NCBI GenBank assembly: GCA_964595615.1
Contig: CAZQTE010000004.1
Location: 1-39,881 of the forward strand
Origin: an uncultured Saprospiraceae bacterium
Lineage (GTDB): Bacteria > Bacteroidota > Bacteroidia > Chitinophagales > Saprospiraceae
Direction of reading: 5' to 3'
Length of the DNA: 39,881 nucleotides
Both the position numbers and the translations under genes were made by a program. Under the pieces are notes generated by a model. That model did no database searches. It was given only the letters and a program-made list of their open reading frames with translations, and was not told the DNA's origin. Of this stretch, positions 28,301-36,176 are shown piece by piece; the stretch's first letter is position 1; each line of letters begins with the position of its first letter.

Positions 28301-30441
28301 TAGACGGAGAGCACGTGACAAATATAGTCCTTCAACGCGGTACGAATGGAGGTATTTACCTTGGTACGCGCCGTACAGTTTACTACCGCAATCGCGATAT
28401 GACCGACTGGGCTTTATACAGCAATAGTCTGCCTGCATATACTTACTCCACGAAATTAATTCCGTTTTACGGTGGAAATAAGTTGCGTAATGGAACAAGT
28501 CGTTCTGTTTGGGAAGTCGATTTATTTGAAACATCTTCTACCCTCGCCCAGATTTCTGCTGATAAATTAGACGTTTATTGTGCGCGTGAACCTGTGCAAT
28601 TTTATGACCGTTCTGCGGCATTGACAGGCGCGACTTATGCATGGTCTTTTCCAGGTGCAACACCTGCGACATCAACGGACCGCAACCCAAGCGTTGTTTT
28701 TGGTGCAGAAGGTACTTATGATGTGACCCTAACAGTCACCGACGCAAATGGAACGGATACACAGACATTATCTGATTTCATTACGGTTCATCCTTCTGAT
28801 TGTACGCCAGAGAATGTTCCAGACATGGCATTGAGTCCTGGTACTACGGGTTACGTTAATCTTGGTAGACCAGATGATTTAGATTTTAACGGAACCGAGA
28901 GTTTTACTTTTGCAGCATGGATTAAACCTTCGGTTGACAATATGGACGGTTATATCATTTCCAAATTTGACCGTTATGTTACAGGGCAATATTTCTTAGG
29001 TATTGAAGGTGGAAAATTAGTTGTGCATAGAGAAGTTTCACCTTGGGATGCTGTGTCAACGACGAGTTTAGTTGCCGGCGAATGGTATCATGCTGTTGGA
29101 ACTTATGACGGCAGTCAATTGAAAGTTTATCTCAATGGAGAATTGGAAAGCACCGTTAACATGACTGGTAGCATCAATAGTATTGGTCGTGATATTTTGA
29201 TTGGTGCGCGTTATAAAAGTGGTGCAATTGATGACCTTTTTCAAGGAACAATTGACGAGGTAGAATTTTGGAAACGCGCCTTGACACAAGACGAAATCAG
29301 ACAGATGCGACACCTGACTTTAGACCAAGTTTCGGATGCAGATTTAATGGGTTATTTCCAATTTAATGAAGATGGAACGACGGTCTATGACCGCGGACAA
29401 TTCAATAATGGCATAATGAACGGCGATGCCACGCGTAGTACTTCTACTGCGCCTGTCGGAGGTGGAGAAAGTTTTAAAATGGATATTACAACAGGCGGTG
29501 AAAAGATTTTCACTGATACTGATTTGACCTTAACTTTTCCTGCAAGCGGCACATATCCTGACGGGGAATTAGTCGCGACACGCATCGATTTAAATCCTGA
29601 CCAATTACCAAACGCAATGCCTACAGGCGATACTTATTGGGTCATCAACAACTACGGCAACAATGCGATTTTCGACGCCTTAGAGAGCATTAAATTTGCT
29701 GGTATTGAAGTTGCTGGCGGTCAAGATGCTTCTGAGTTTAAACTCTACAAACGCGAGTCTAATGATGATTTGGCAACTTGGGGTACTTCGATTGATTTTG
29801 CGGATGCAGTGACAGCTGGGGCGAGTGGCGATGTTACTTTTAGTACCGATAATGGTATCACAAGTTTTAGCCAATTTGTGGTTGTAGATGAAAGCACAGT
29901 TCTGCCTGTTGAATGGTTGTATTTCCGTGCTGCTCTGACAGAAAAAGGGCAAGTTCAATTAGATTGGGCGACAATGAATGAGCAAAACAATAAAGAGTTT
30001 GAGGTCGAACGGAGTTCTAATGGAGAAGACTTTGAAGTGATTGGAAGAGTACCTGCACAAGCTTCGATTTCAAATACTTTGACTTATCAAATCTTTGACG
30101 AAAAACCATTGCGCGGTAAATCTTACTATCGTTTGCGCCAAGTGGATTTGGACGGTACTGCTCAGTTTTCAGAAGTACGTACCATTATCTTTGAGGCATT
30201 GCCAAATCACTTCGCCATCTTCCCTAATCCTATCGCAACAAATGAAGATTTACAAATTGTCAGTGATTTGAATGAAGATTTAAAAGTTCAAGTTTATAAT
30301 GCAAAAGGTCGCTTGGTGATTAGTACGACTATCGCTGGTGGTATTGGTTCTGTCTCGATGCGCGGACTTTCGAGTGGTGCTTATTTGTATAAAATTATTG
30401 GAAGTGAGAAGATGAAAATGGGGAAAGTGGTGGTGGAGTAA
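25399..30441 (+). CDS. Giant T9SS cargo: BNR/sortilin-like beta-propeller repeats with two LamG (concanavalin-like) insertions, PKD domain, T9SS C-terminal sorting domain
   Basis: 1680 aa with a signal peptide. At least nine S/T-x-D-x-G-x-T/S-W BNR motifs (YKSTDYGLNW, YKTTDAGVSW, YKSTDSGLTW, YKSTDAGETW, YYSDDGGLNW and others). LamG-like blocks ending VRIWSTVLD and VEFWKRALTQDEI. PKD signature FGAEGTYDVTLTVTDANG. CTD IFPNPI...GAYLYKI...GKVVVE. Confidence 0.85.
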   Translation: MKASHLLLMATLVFCSFSLSAQHQETKYNTSDNATLPDWVQLMYSNEADPGEVKTLYEEYYLAHDFIKNQHTQYYKHWMRNISRDVNGLFWNDGSIDKTKVLNNEAKYLERRALTKSTAVTGTDWECIGPVDYDHDAAGRSYAPGAGHVYTIEQSASDANTMWAGTASAGVYKSTDYGLNWLPVTDDLPLTSCRALEIDHTDANTVYFSAKGDLYKTTDAGVSWTVVGNATFNADDRYANDIVMHPTQNNVLFVCADNGLFRTSDSGANFTQLKGGEWQELEFHPTNNTIVYAVKKEGEHTEFYKSTDSGLTWVMKGNGWPGISSSSSTTFNALENAGASSDYVSFASNPNLGEGANADFTIELRIKSTGWSGDPSIISNKNWASGANAGFVVAANGSGWKFNIGDGSNRIDLNGNTINDNEWHHIAISYDQDGTKTLYQNGTQVSSSNDILTNSTATALDLALFQDGTLNYGFGLNAQVSDVRIWSTVLDAATIASNVCSTVDNTHSNYTDLLHYWKVDENTGTTITDSKGSNNGTTNGSNTWTANNPMTCNIINLGADEHQRRTEIAVSPADPNLVIAHASGAVNGGSGLFGIYKSTDAGETWTFNCCGPQPGGAASTTNPNMMGYADNGDSDGGQYYYDMAMDISKTNADHISVAGIQRWETLDGGATWDCPAKWSHPHKATYIHADIHDLRYLANGDIWVACDGGIYYSDDNGASFTRRMYGIAGTDFWGFGAGFQDGDVMVGGTYHNSTMIKDGDTYINGWISTAIGGAGGDNVRGFVNPAKEKTVYMDAGKRVLTGDRNTNFSNYSFAQQTNASYVTGASSDMLFHPNNPNIIYTATENALWKTEDDGGTFSMIHDFGEQIVAMDICFSNPDAMYVSTYPGWWDQKNLYKTIDAGATWTQLTLPFSGSLWAPLDVVVDAENPLNVWIARTPQSGGYNSLDGEKVYYSDDGGLNWTNWTTSILDGEHVTNIVLQRGTNGGIYLGTRRTVYYRNRDMTDWALYSNSLPAYTYSTKLIPFYGGNKLRNGTSRSVWEVDLFETSSTLAQISADKLDVYCAREPVQFYDRSAALTGATYAWSFPGATPATSTDRNPSVVFGAEGTYDVTLTVTDANGTDTQTLSDFITVHPSDCTPENVPDMALSPGTTGYVNLGRPDDLDFNGTESFTFAAWIKPSVDNMDGYIISKFDRYVTGQYFLGIEGGKLVVHREVSPWDAVSTTSLVAGEWYHAVGTYDGSQLKVYLNGELESTVNMTGSINSIGRDILIGARYKSGAIDDLFQGTIDEVEFWKRALTQDEIRQMRHLTLDQVSDADLMGYFQFNEDGTTVYDRGQFNNGIMNGDATRSTSTAPVGGGESFKMDITTGGEKIFTDTDLTLTFPASGTYPDGELVATRIDLNPDQLPNAMPTGDTYWVINNYGNNAIFDALESIKFAGIEVAGGQDASEFKLYKRESNDDLATWGTSIDFADAVTAGASGDVTFSTDNGITSFSQFVVVDESTVLPVEWLYFRAALTEKGQVQLDWATMNEQNNKEFEVERSSNGEDFEVIGRVPAQASISNTLTYQIFDEKPLRGKSYYRLRQVDLDGTAQFSEVRTIIFEALPNHFAIFPNPIATNEDLQIVSDLNEDLKVQVYNAKGRLVISTTIAGGIGSVSMRGLSSGAYLYKIIGSEKMKMGKVVVE

Positions 30442-30442
30442 A

Positions 30443-30564
30443 GGGTTGAGTGGTTGAGGGTTATGGGTTGTGAGGTTTTAAAAATATTGCCTTTCTTTGC
30501 GACAGGAATGCGAGTTAAGGTAATTTATTGAACTCACAACCCGCAACCTCACAACCTCTTAACC
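30443..30564. repeat. GGTTGNG-type inverted arrays, same family as 23551-23646
   Basis: Left arm 30443-30474 gggttgagtggttgagggttatgggttgtgag. Right arm 30533-30564 ctcacaacccgcaacctcacaacctcttaacc. The right arm shares aacccgcaacctcacaac (18/18) with the other copy. Confidence 0.8.
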
Positions 30565-30620
30565 AAATTGAATCATGACTTGCAAAATTAATTTACTCGC
30601 AAGTCTAAAAACAAACCACC

Positions 30621-31262
30621 ATGCTCAACTTCCCTCTTCTCAAAAGAAAGATTTTAAACAATGGCGCGTTGGTCATTTCTTTATTAAAATTACGTCCTTT
30701 ATTGGCGAAAATTGGGGAAGGTTCTATTGTTATTGATTGCGGTGCGAATGTGGGAGATATTACCAATCAATTTGCAAAAACTGGTGCGACTGTCTATTCT
30801 TTTGAACCAGACCCTGCGGCTTTTGCGCGTTTGGAGAAAAGATTTAAAGACTTTCCGAATGTCATTTTACATCAAAAAGCAGTTTGGATTGAGAATACGG
30901 AAATCCCTTTTTATTTTCATGAGTCCCGCTCTGAAGATGAATTAGAATTAACAGTCAGTTCCTCAGTCATCAGCAATAAATCTAATGTCAGCGAAAGCAA
31001 TAAAGTCATGGTAGAAGCCATTGATTTAGTAGCTTTCATTAATGATTTAGATGCTAAAATTGCACTAATAAAAATAGATGTAGAAGGTGCTGAAATTGAA
31101 ATACTCAAACATATTTTAGCACAGGAAACTTATAAGAAATTTGAATTGGCTGTAGTGGAAACACATGAGACAAAAATCCCTGGGCATGTGGAAGAGGTAG
31201 CAAATATTAAAGCTATACTGGAAGAGAAAGGCGTGGAGAATGTGAAGTTGAATTGGATTTAA
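30621..31262 (+). CDS. FkbM-family methyltransferase
   Basis: 213 aa. Motifs VIDCGANVGD, FEPDPAAF and LIKIDVEGAEIEIL are typical of the FkbM family. Confidence 0.85.
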   Translation: MLNFPLLKRKILNNGALVISLLKLRPLLAKIGEGSIVIDCGANVGDITNQFAKTGATVYSFEPDPAAFARLEKRFKDFPNVILHQKAVWIENTEIPFYFHESRSEDELELTVSSSVISNKSNVSESNKVMVEAIDLVAFINDLDAKIALIKIDVEGAEIEILKHILAQETYKKFELAVVETHETKIPGHVEEVANIKAILEEKGVENVKLNWI

Positions 31263-31266
31263 GAAA

Positions 31267-31309
31267 AGATATTAGATGTTAGACTTTCTTTGTCTAACAT
31301 CTAATATCT
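31267..31309. terminator. Perfect 18-bp hairpin made of TAGAYNT heptamers; bidirectional terminator candidate between convergent genes
   Basis: Stem agatattagatgttagac (31267-31284) / gtctaacatctaatatct (31292-31309) with loop tttcttt. Heptamer register continues to about 31326. Confidence 0.75.
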
Positions 31310-31331
31310 AAAGTCTAATATCTTTCAGAAC

Positions 31332-32171
31332 CTACTTCCGACGACCACGCGTCCCATAAGTCGGACAACGCAAATCACCAAAGTAATACAACAAAGTAAT
31401 TCCCGCATAAGCATAAGAATCATTCGTTGAACTATCTCCACGTTGACGTCCCGGTGTACTAATTTCTGATGCACTGACATTCAAAACATCAATACTACGA
31501 TCCGCTAATTCTGCTCCTAACTCACCATGAAATTGCTCAATATCTTCTGGGTCAGCATAAACTGTACTGACATCATCCAAGTAATCTGTAAATAAATTAC
31601 GTGCAGATACGAAAACATCCAAACTCCATTCGTAAGATAATGACATCTTAAAACCGCCACCGTAAGCTAAACCAAGTTTCGTTAATTTATATTCTTCTCC
31701 AAGGAACTGTCCTTCAGTACCTAAAGGTTGCAAGTCAACTAAATCTCCATTATATTCTGTTTGTGGATTGAAGTTATGAATCATCAAACCACCAGACAAA
31801 TAAGGCGTAAACCAAGCATCTTTACTCCCATGTTCGTAGCGTAAAAAGTTAAATTCTAACTCTGCCGCACCATCCATGACCCGAGACTGAAAACTTAAAT
31901 TACGAGCTTGCTCGAAAATATTACGAGAGTCTGCGTCATCGCCTTGTACCTTACCGATATTCGCACTCATTTTGAAACAAACGCGCTCATTGAAATTGTA
32001 ACGCATCGTCGCACCACCTGCTAAACCTGGTTTACTCAAATCTAAACTAGTATTCAAATCACCAAAATACCAAGAGCCGCCGCCCCAAAAACCTGCTTCC
32101 CAACCTTGCTGTGCTTGCAAGGTGAAAGTGCTGACTAAAAGTAAAATACCTACTCGAAGAAAATTTCTCAC
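31332..32171 (-). CDS. DUF6089-family outer-membrane beta-barrel protein
   Basis: 279 aa with an apparent GTG start and a signal peptide. N-terminal GWEAGFWGGGSWYFGDLN is typical of DUF6089. Confidence 0.7.
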   Translation of the reverse strand: MRNFLRVGILLLVSTFTLQAQQGWEAGFWGGGSWYFGDLNTSLDLSKPGLAGGATMRYNFNERVCFKMSANIGKVQGDDADSRNIFEQARNLSFQSRVMDGAAELEFNFLRYEHGSKDAWFTPYLSGGLMIHNFNPQTEYNGDLVDLQPLGTEGQFLGEEYKLTKLGLAYGGGFKMSLSYEWSLDVFVSARNLFTDYLDDVSTVYADPEDIEQFHGELGAELADRSIDVLNVSASEISTPGRQRGDSSTNDSYAYAGITLLYYFGDLRCPTYGTRGRRK

Positions 32172-32233
32172 TATATTATTTTTTTGTTACAGTAAATAAC
32201 TGTTTTTCGGTTTTGGAATATGTTCTATGGAAT

Positions 32234-32268
32234 AAGATTTTAGACAAAAGATATTAGATATTAGACTT
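32234..32268. repeat. Heptamer array TAGAYNT-type x5
   Basis: Units aagattt, tagacaa, aagatat, tagatat, tagactt in strict register. Confidence 0.85.
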
Positions 32269-32470
32269 TCATTTCTTAGCTATTACCATTTTTATCTAAA
32301 ACTGAAGCGTCTGTATAATCTACAAATCGCGCACAAAGGTACGATTAAACGGATAAAGTCAAACTTCAAGTATGTTTTTAAGAAAAAAGCTGTCGTTTTT
32401 CTCCTATTAATAAAAAATACCATGCGAAATCCTTGCCAGCTAAAACTATTGTCTTTTCTAAGTCAAAGGC

Positions 32471-32893
32471 ATGTACTACATTTTTAGGAAAACAAAAAAG
32501 CATATACATTTGTCCTATCAAGTGAGACAATTTATTACTGCCATATTACTTTCGGTTATCTGCTTGTTAAGTTTTCAAGACTTAACAAAATTTGTCTTAT
32601 TTAAAGCAAATCAAACTGCTATTGCGGCTAAATTTTGTGTCAATAAGAATGACAAAGTCTATACCTGTAATGGTAAATGCCACTTGTCTAAAATCATTGC
32701 ACAAAGTAAGGATAGCAATTCATCTGAAATGCCAATGCCTGAAACGGAGCGTCTAAATTTCGTTTATCTTATTGGGAATGAACAACTTAGCTCATTCATC
32801 TTAAAAAATAGCTTCCTTAAACCTATTTTTACAAATAGTAATTTGTTAAATTCTTCTCATCTCTTCAAATTATTACGTCCACCAATTGGATAG
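32471..32893 (+). CDS. Hypothetical membrane protein with Cys/His motif (FCVNKNDKVYTCNGKCHL)
   Basis: 140-aa ORF with one predicted TM helix (FITAILLSVICLLSF). AT-rich, and the start codon is uncertain. Confidence 0.5.
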   Translation: MYYIFRKTKKHIHLSYQVRQFITAILLSVICLLSFQDLTKFVLFKANQTAIAAKFCVNKNDKVYTCNGKCHLSKIIAQSKDSNSSEMPMPETERLNFVYLIGNEQLSSFILKNSFLKPIFTNSNLLNSSHLFKLLRPPIG

Positions 32894-32939
32894 TGTCTTG
32901 ACAATTACATTCATTACATTTTTATCGAAATAAATCAAT

Positions 32940-33092
32940 ATGCAACAAACTAAGTATTTGTTGTGTGCGCTATTATTAACATTCGCGCCACAACAAGTAT
33001 TGGCTTGTGATGCGTGTGGCTGTTCTGCTACAGGAAACGGTATCGGTTTATATGACGGAAAAGCTTGGTACGCTAATGCAGGTTTGCAATAG
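32940..33092 (+). pseudogene. Small secreted ORF with CDACGC cysteine cluster, terminated by a stop created at a MITE-like insertion junction
   Basis: Not in the supplied ORF track (below 60 aa). My translation: MQQTKYLLCALLLTFAPQQVLACDACGCSATGNGIGLYDGKAWYANAGLQ, then TAG made of t33090 plus ag of the element. An open frame resumes at 33252-33371 and ends in ...YRINTSLAFLF. Confidence 0.4.
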
Positions 33093-33249
33093 ACTTTATG
33101 AATGAGGTTGAGTGCGATTTAAACGCCGATATTTTGTTCTTAGTTTAATTTTAAAAGAAGGATAGTTGTTAATACTTTGACTGATTTTAAAAATAAAATA
33201 GGGACAAAAGAGCAAGTTTAAAGCCGCTCAAATCTCATTCATAAAGTCT
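33091..33249. mobile_element. MITE-like 159-bp element with 16-bp perfect terminal inverted repeats
   Basis: The left end agactttatgaatgag equals the reverse complement of the right end ctcattcataaagtct. The arms continue imperfectly to tttaaac. Flanking duplication is either AAT (33088-90 / 33250-52) or TA (33090-91 / 33249-50). Confidence 0.6.
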
Positions 33250-33403
33250 AATACACTAAAAATAATATTGTTTTCGGCATACAAGGCTATTTGCCTTTAC
33301 AACAAAATTATGCTAAAAACACAACAGAAAATCTCTACCGTATCAATACGAGTTTAGCTTTTCTGTTTTGATAAATAAATCACTCTTACTGAATGGGCAA
33401 TTT

Positions 33404-33451
33404 GAGACATTAGACTTATAAAACATATAGTCTAATATCTTAGACGGAGTC
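33404..33451. repeat. TAGAC-type heptamer/hairpin patch upstream of the His-rich lipoprotein gene
   Basis: Sequence gagacat tagactt ataaaac atatagt ctaatat cttagac. Includes the palindrome attagac...gtctaat. Confidence 0.6.
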
Positions 33452-33469
33452 TTTCAAAATTAACAATCA

Positions 33470-34216
33470 ATGAAAAATTTTCTTTTTCTTTCTATTTTAT
33501 TCTTGGGTTTAGGTTTGACATCTTGTAAAGATGATGAAATGCATGACCACAATGATGACGCAGATTATAAGGTAACAGTCACTATCGAAAGCCCAACGGC
33601 AGATGCAGAAGTAACTATGGGCGAACCTATGGAAGTTGCAGTAAAATTTGTACACGACGAAGGTAAAACTGTACACAATGTAAAAATCGAAGTGCAAGAT
33701 GCTGACGGCAATAGCGTCATGGTCTTAGATGAAGGTCACAAACACGAAGAAAGCGGCACTTACACTTACCAAGCATCTGATTGGACGCCAACAGAGCACG
33801 GAACTTACACTTTGTATGCTGAAACAAGCAACGATGCTGGCGAGGCAACAAAATCTGCAACAGCTTCATTTACAGTAGCACACGAAATATCTGATGAATA
33901 CCCTGTGACGGTGACTATCGTTTCTCCAGAAACTGGCTCGACGAATACAGTTAGCGAAGCGGTTCATATCCATATCACAATGGTGCATAACCACTCAGAA
34001 ACTATCCACAATGCAAAGGTAGAGGTAAAAGATGCAGACGGCAATGTTGTTATGACAATGTTGGACGACCACGTGCATGATGAAGACGGTAACTATGAGT
34101 TCCATAGTATGGATTTCGTACCTTCGGCAGCTGGTACATACTCTGTTCACGCAGAGACGACTAATCATGATGGTGCATTGCCTCAGCATGCACATGCGGA
34201 CTTTACGGTGCAATAA
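33470..34216 (+). CDS. Tandem-duplicated His-rich lipoprotein (two Ig-like repeats), putative metal-binding
   Basis: 248 aa. Lipobox LGLTSC. Two ~105-aa repeats share VTVTI.SP, VH(D/N)...T(V/I)HN.K(I/V)EV.DADGN.VM, (GHKHEE/HVHDED)G.Y, GTY...AET.N and A.FTV. Confidence 0.6.
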   Translation: MKNFLFLSILFLGLGLTSCKDDEMHDHNDDADYKVTVTIESPTADAEVTMGEPMEVAVKFVHDEGKTVHNVKIEVQDADGNSVMVLDEGHKHEESGTYTYQASDWTPTEHGTYTLYAETSNDAGEATKSATASFTVAHEISDEYPVTVTIVSPETGSTNTVSEAVHIHITMVHNHSETIHNAKVEVKDADGNVVMTMLDDHVHDEDGNYEFHSMDFVPSAAGTYSVHAETTNHDGALPQHAHADFTVQ

Positions 34217-34268
34217 AATGGAAGTATGAATGAATTCTAAGCAATTCATGTTTTATATTTCAAAAAAA

Positions 34269-34310
34269 GGGATTTTCTGAGTCGTTGCTCGGAAAATCCC
34301 TTTGTTTTGT
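34269..34310 (+). terminator. Intrinsic terminator
   Basis: 13-bp stem gggattttctgag / ctcggaaaatccc with a 6-nt loop, followed by tttgttttgt. Confidence 0.85.
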
Positions 34311-34380
34311 CGTGTTTTGTGGAATTGGGATTAGAATTATTTGATATTTGAATATTCCTTAAAATTAAAAAAAATCAACA

Positions 34381-34695
34381 ATGTTAATTTCAAATATCAA
34401 TACAGTTCCAGACAGAGAAATCGTAGAAGTTTTAGACATCGCACGTGGTAGTACGGTGCGGGCGCGTAATATCGGGCGAGACATCTTCGCAGGTTTGAAA
34501 AACTTGGTGGGTGGTGAAATCTCTGAATATACTAAACTCATGGCTGATGCGCGTGAGCAAGCACTAAATAGAATGATTGCAGATGCGGAAAGTCTGGGCG
34601 CAGATGCGGTGATTAATGTGCGCTTTACGACGGCTATGGTAATGCAAGGGTGCTCGGAGATATTGGCTTATGGGACGGCGGTGCGGTTGCGGTAG
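34381..34695 (+). CDS. YbjQ/UPF0145-family (putative heavy-metal-binding domain) protein
   Basis: 104 aa. Motifs GSTVRARNIGRDIFAGLKNLVGGEI..Y and GADAVINVRF are typical of the YbjQ family. Confidence 0.85.
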   Translation: MLISNINTVPDREIVEVLDIARGSTVRARNIGRDIFAGLKNLVGGEISEYTKLMADAREQALNRMIADAESLGADAVINVRFTTAMVMQGCSEILAYGTAVRLR

Positions 34696-34797
34696 GTGGG
34701 TTTTATTGATTATTGTTATCTTTATTTTTTGAAGTGGATTATGAATGTGTCGAAAGACGTATTGATGTGAATCGTTAGGTGCAAGAAAAAAGAAAAA

Positions 34798-35613
34798 ATG
34801 AAAAAGCGTATTTCAAAAATAGAAAATGATGTTCAAGACAGAAGTTCCATAGCTTGGAAAAAATTATGTGAATATATCAACGAAATTGCGGAAAATGGTT
34901 CAGATGAATTTGTACCAAGAGAAGCACTTGGAAATGAATTATTCGCTGAAATCCATACACTTCCCGAATCAATTTCTAAGTTGAAAAAAGTTACAAAAAT
35001 TGGATTATATGGAAGTCAACTAAAAAGAATACCTCCCGAAATTGGGCAAATGGAATCTCTTGAATATTTTGACCCTTATACATCATATAAACTAAATTGG
35101 TTTCCTTACGAAATCATGGATTGCAAAAAATTAAAAGACAGTCGAATAAGTACAAGAGCTTTATTGGGGAATTATAAAAATAGAATGGGCTTTCCAAGAC
35201 TCGACCACAATCCAGTAAGGTATTTTGGAGAAACTTTAAATTGTAGTATCTGCAAAAAAGAAATGACTTATGAAGAAACAAATCAATTGTGGATAACACT
35301 TAGAACAGGAACAGATACAATCCCACTTCTCGCAAATCTTTGTTCAAAAGAGTGTGAAGAACAACTTCCACAACCTCCTGAGAATTACGTACAACATGCA
35401 CATAAGGGTGGGGCAAATTTAGTTCAACCACCTGATGAAGATGAAATTTGGGAGATGAGAATGGCTGAGCGAGAAAAGAAAAAAGAAGAAGAAAAACGAA
35501 ATAATCCAAATGGAAATAAACAAGAAGAAAATAAGATTTCAGAACCTCAGAAGAAAATTAATTGGTCAAATTTAAAACCGCTTAAATTGATAAGAAAAAT
35601 TTGGGAAAAATAA
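34798..35613 (+). CDS. Leucine-rich-repeat protein with CxxC...CxxxC zinc-ribbon-like segment and Lys/Glu-rich tail
   Basis: 271 aa. LRR units LPESISKLKKVTKIGLYGSQLKRIPPEIGQMESLEYFD. Cys pairs CSICKK...CSKEC. Noticeably more AT-rich than its neighbours by eye. Confidence 0.6.
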   Translation: MKKRISKIENDVQDRSSIAWKKLCEYINEIAENGSDEFVPREALGNELFAEIHTLPESISKLKKVTKIGLYGSQLKRIPPEIGQMESLEYFDPYTSYKLNWFPYEIMDCKKLKDSRISTRALLGNYKNRMGFPRLDHNPVRYFGETLNCSICKKEMTYEETNQLWITLRTGTDTIPLLANLCSKECEEQLPQPPENYVQHAHKGGANLVQPPDEDEIWEMRMAEREKKKEEEKRNNPNGNKQEENKISEPQKKINWSNLKPLKLIRKIWEK

Positions 35614-35699
35614 ATCCTGCACCTAAACAACGTGTATGGCGTTCATTGCCAGCAAAATCTGGCAATGCCGCATACACAAAACCATTAAACAAACAAACC

Positions 35700-36176
35700 A
35701 TGACAAAAAAAGACCAAACTTTCATGAAACGCGCCATCCAATTAGCCGAAAAAGGCATGGACTCCAACGCAGGAGGTCCATTTGGCTGCGTCATAGTCAA
35801 AGACGATAAAATCATCGCAGAGGGCTTTAACCGCGTCACCTCTACCAATGACCCGACGGCACACGCGGAGGTCGTCGCGATTAGAGAAGCTTGTCGAAAA
35901 TTAGGGTCTTTTCAATTAGATGATTGTATCATTTATACTTCCTGTGAGCCATGTCCGATGTGTTTTGGGGCGATTTATTGGGCGCGTCCTAAAATGGTGT
36001 ATTTTGCTTGTGATAAGAAAGATGCTGCCAAAATTAACTTTGATGACCAGTTTATTTATGATGAATTGGAGAAGGACTTTGAGGATAGAGACATCAAATT
36101 TGTCAGACTATCAAGAAAAGATGCAGTGCCTGTTTTTGATAAGTGGGCGGCGAAAGTAGATAAGACGAAGTATTGA
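35700..36176 (+). CDS. guaD: Guanine deaminase (CDA-fold, GuaD-type)
   Basis: Start taken at the ATG at 35700 (MTKKDQTFMKRAI). Zinc motifs HAEVVAIREA and SCEPCPMCFGAIYWARP. By memory, length and sequence closely resemble Bacillus subtilis GuaD. Confidence 0.8.
   Translation: MTKKDQTFMKRAIQLAEKGMDSNAGGPFGCVIVKDDKIIAEGFNRVTSTNDPTAHAEVVAIREACRKLGSFQLDDCIIYTSCEPCPMCFGAIYWARPKMVYFACDKKDAAKINFDDQFIYDELEKDFEDRDIKFVRLSRKDAVPVFDKWAAKVDKTKY

Noticed and set aside
35601-35699. N-terminal extension of the deaminase ORF overlapping the end of the LRR gene
   Set aside because: The extension is basic and low-complexity, and it overlaps the upstream gene. The ATG at 35700 gives a 158-aa product that matches GuaD length and begins just before the conserved core.
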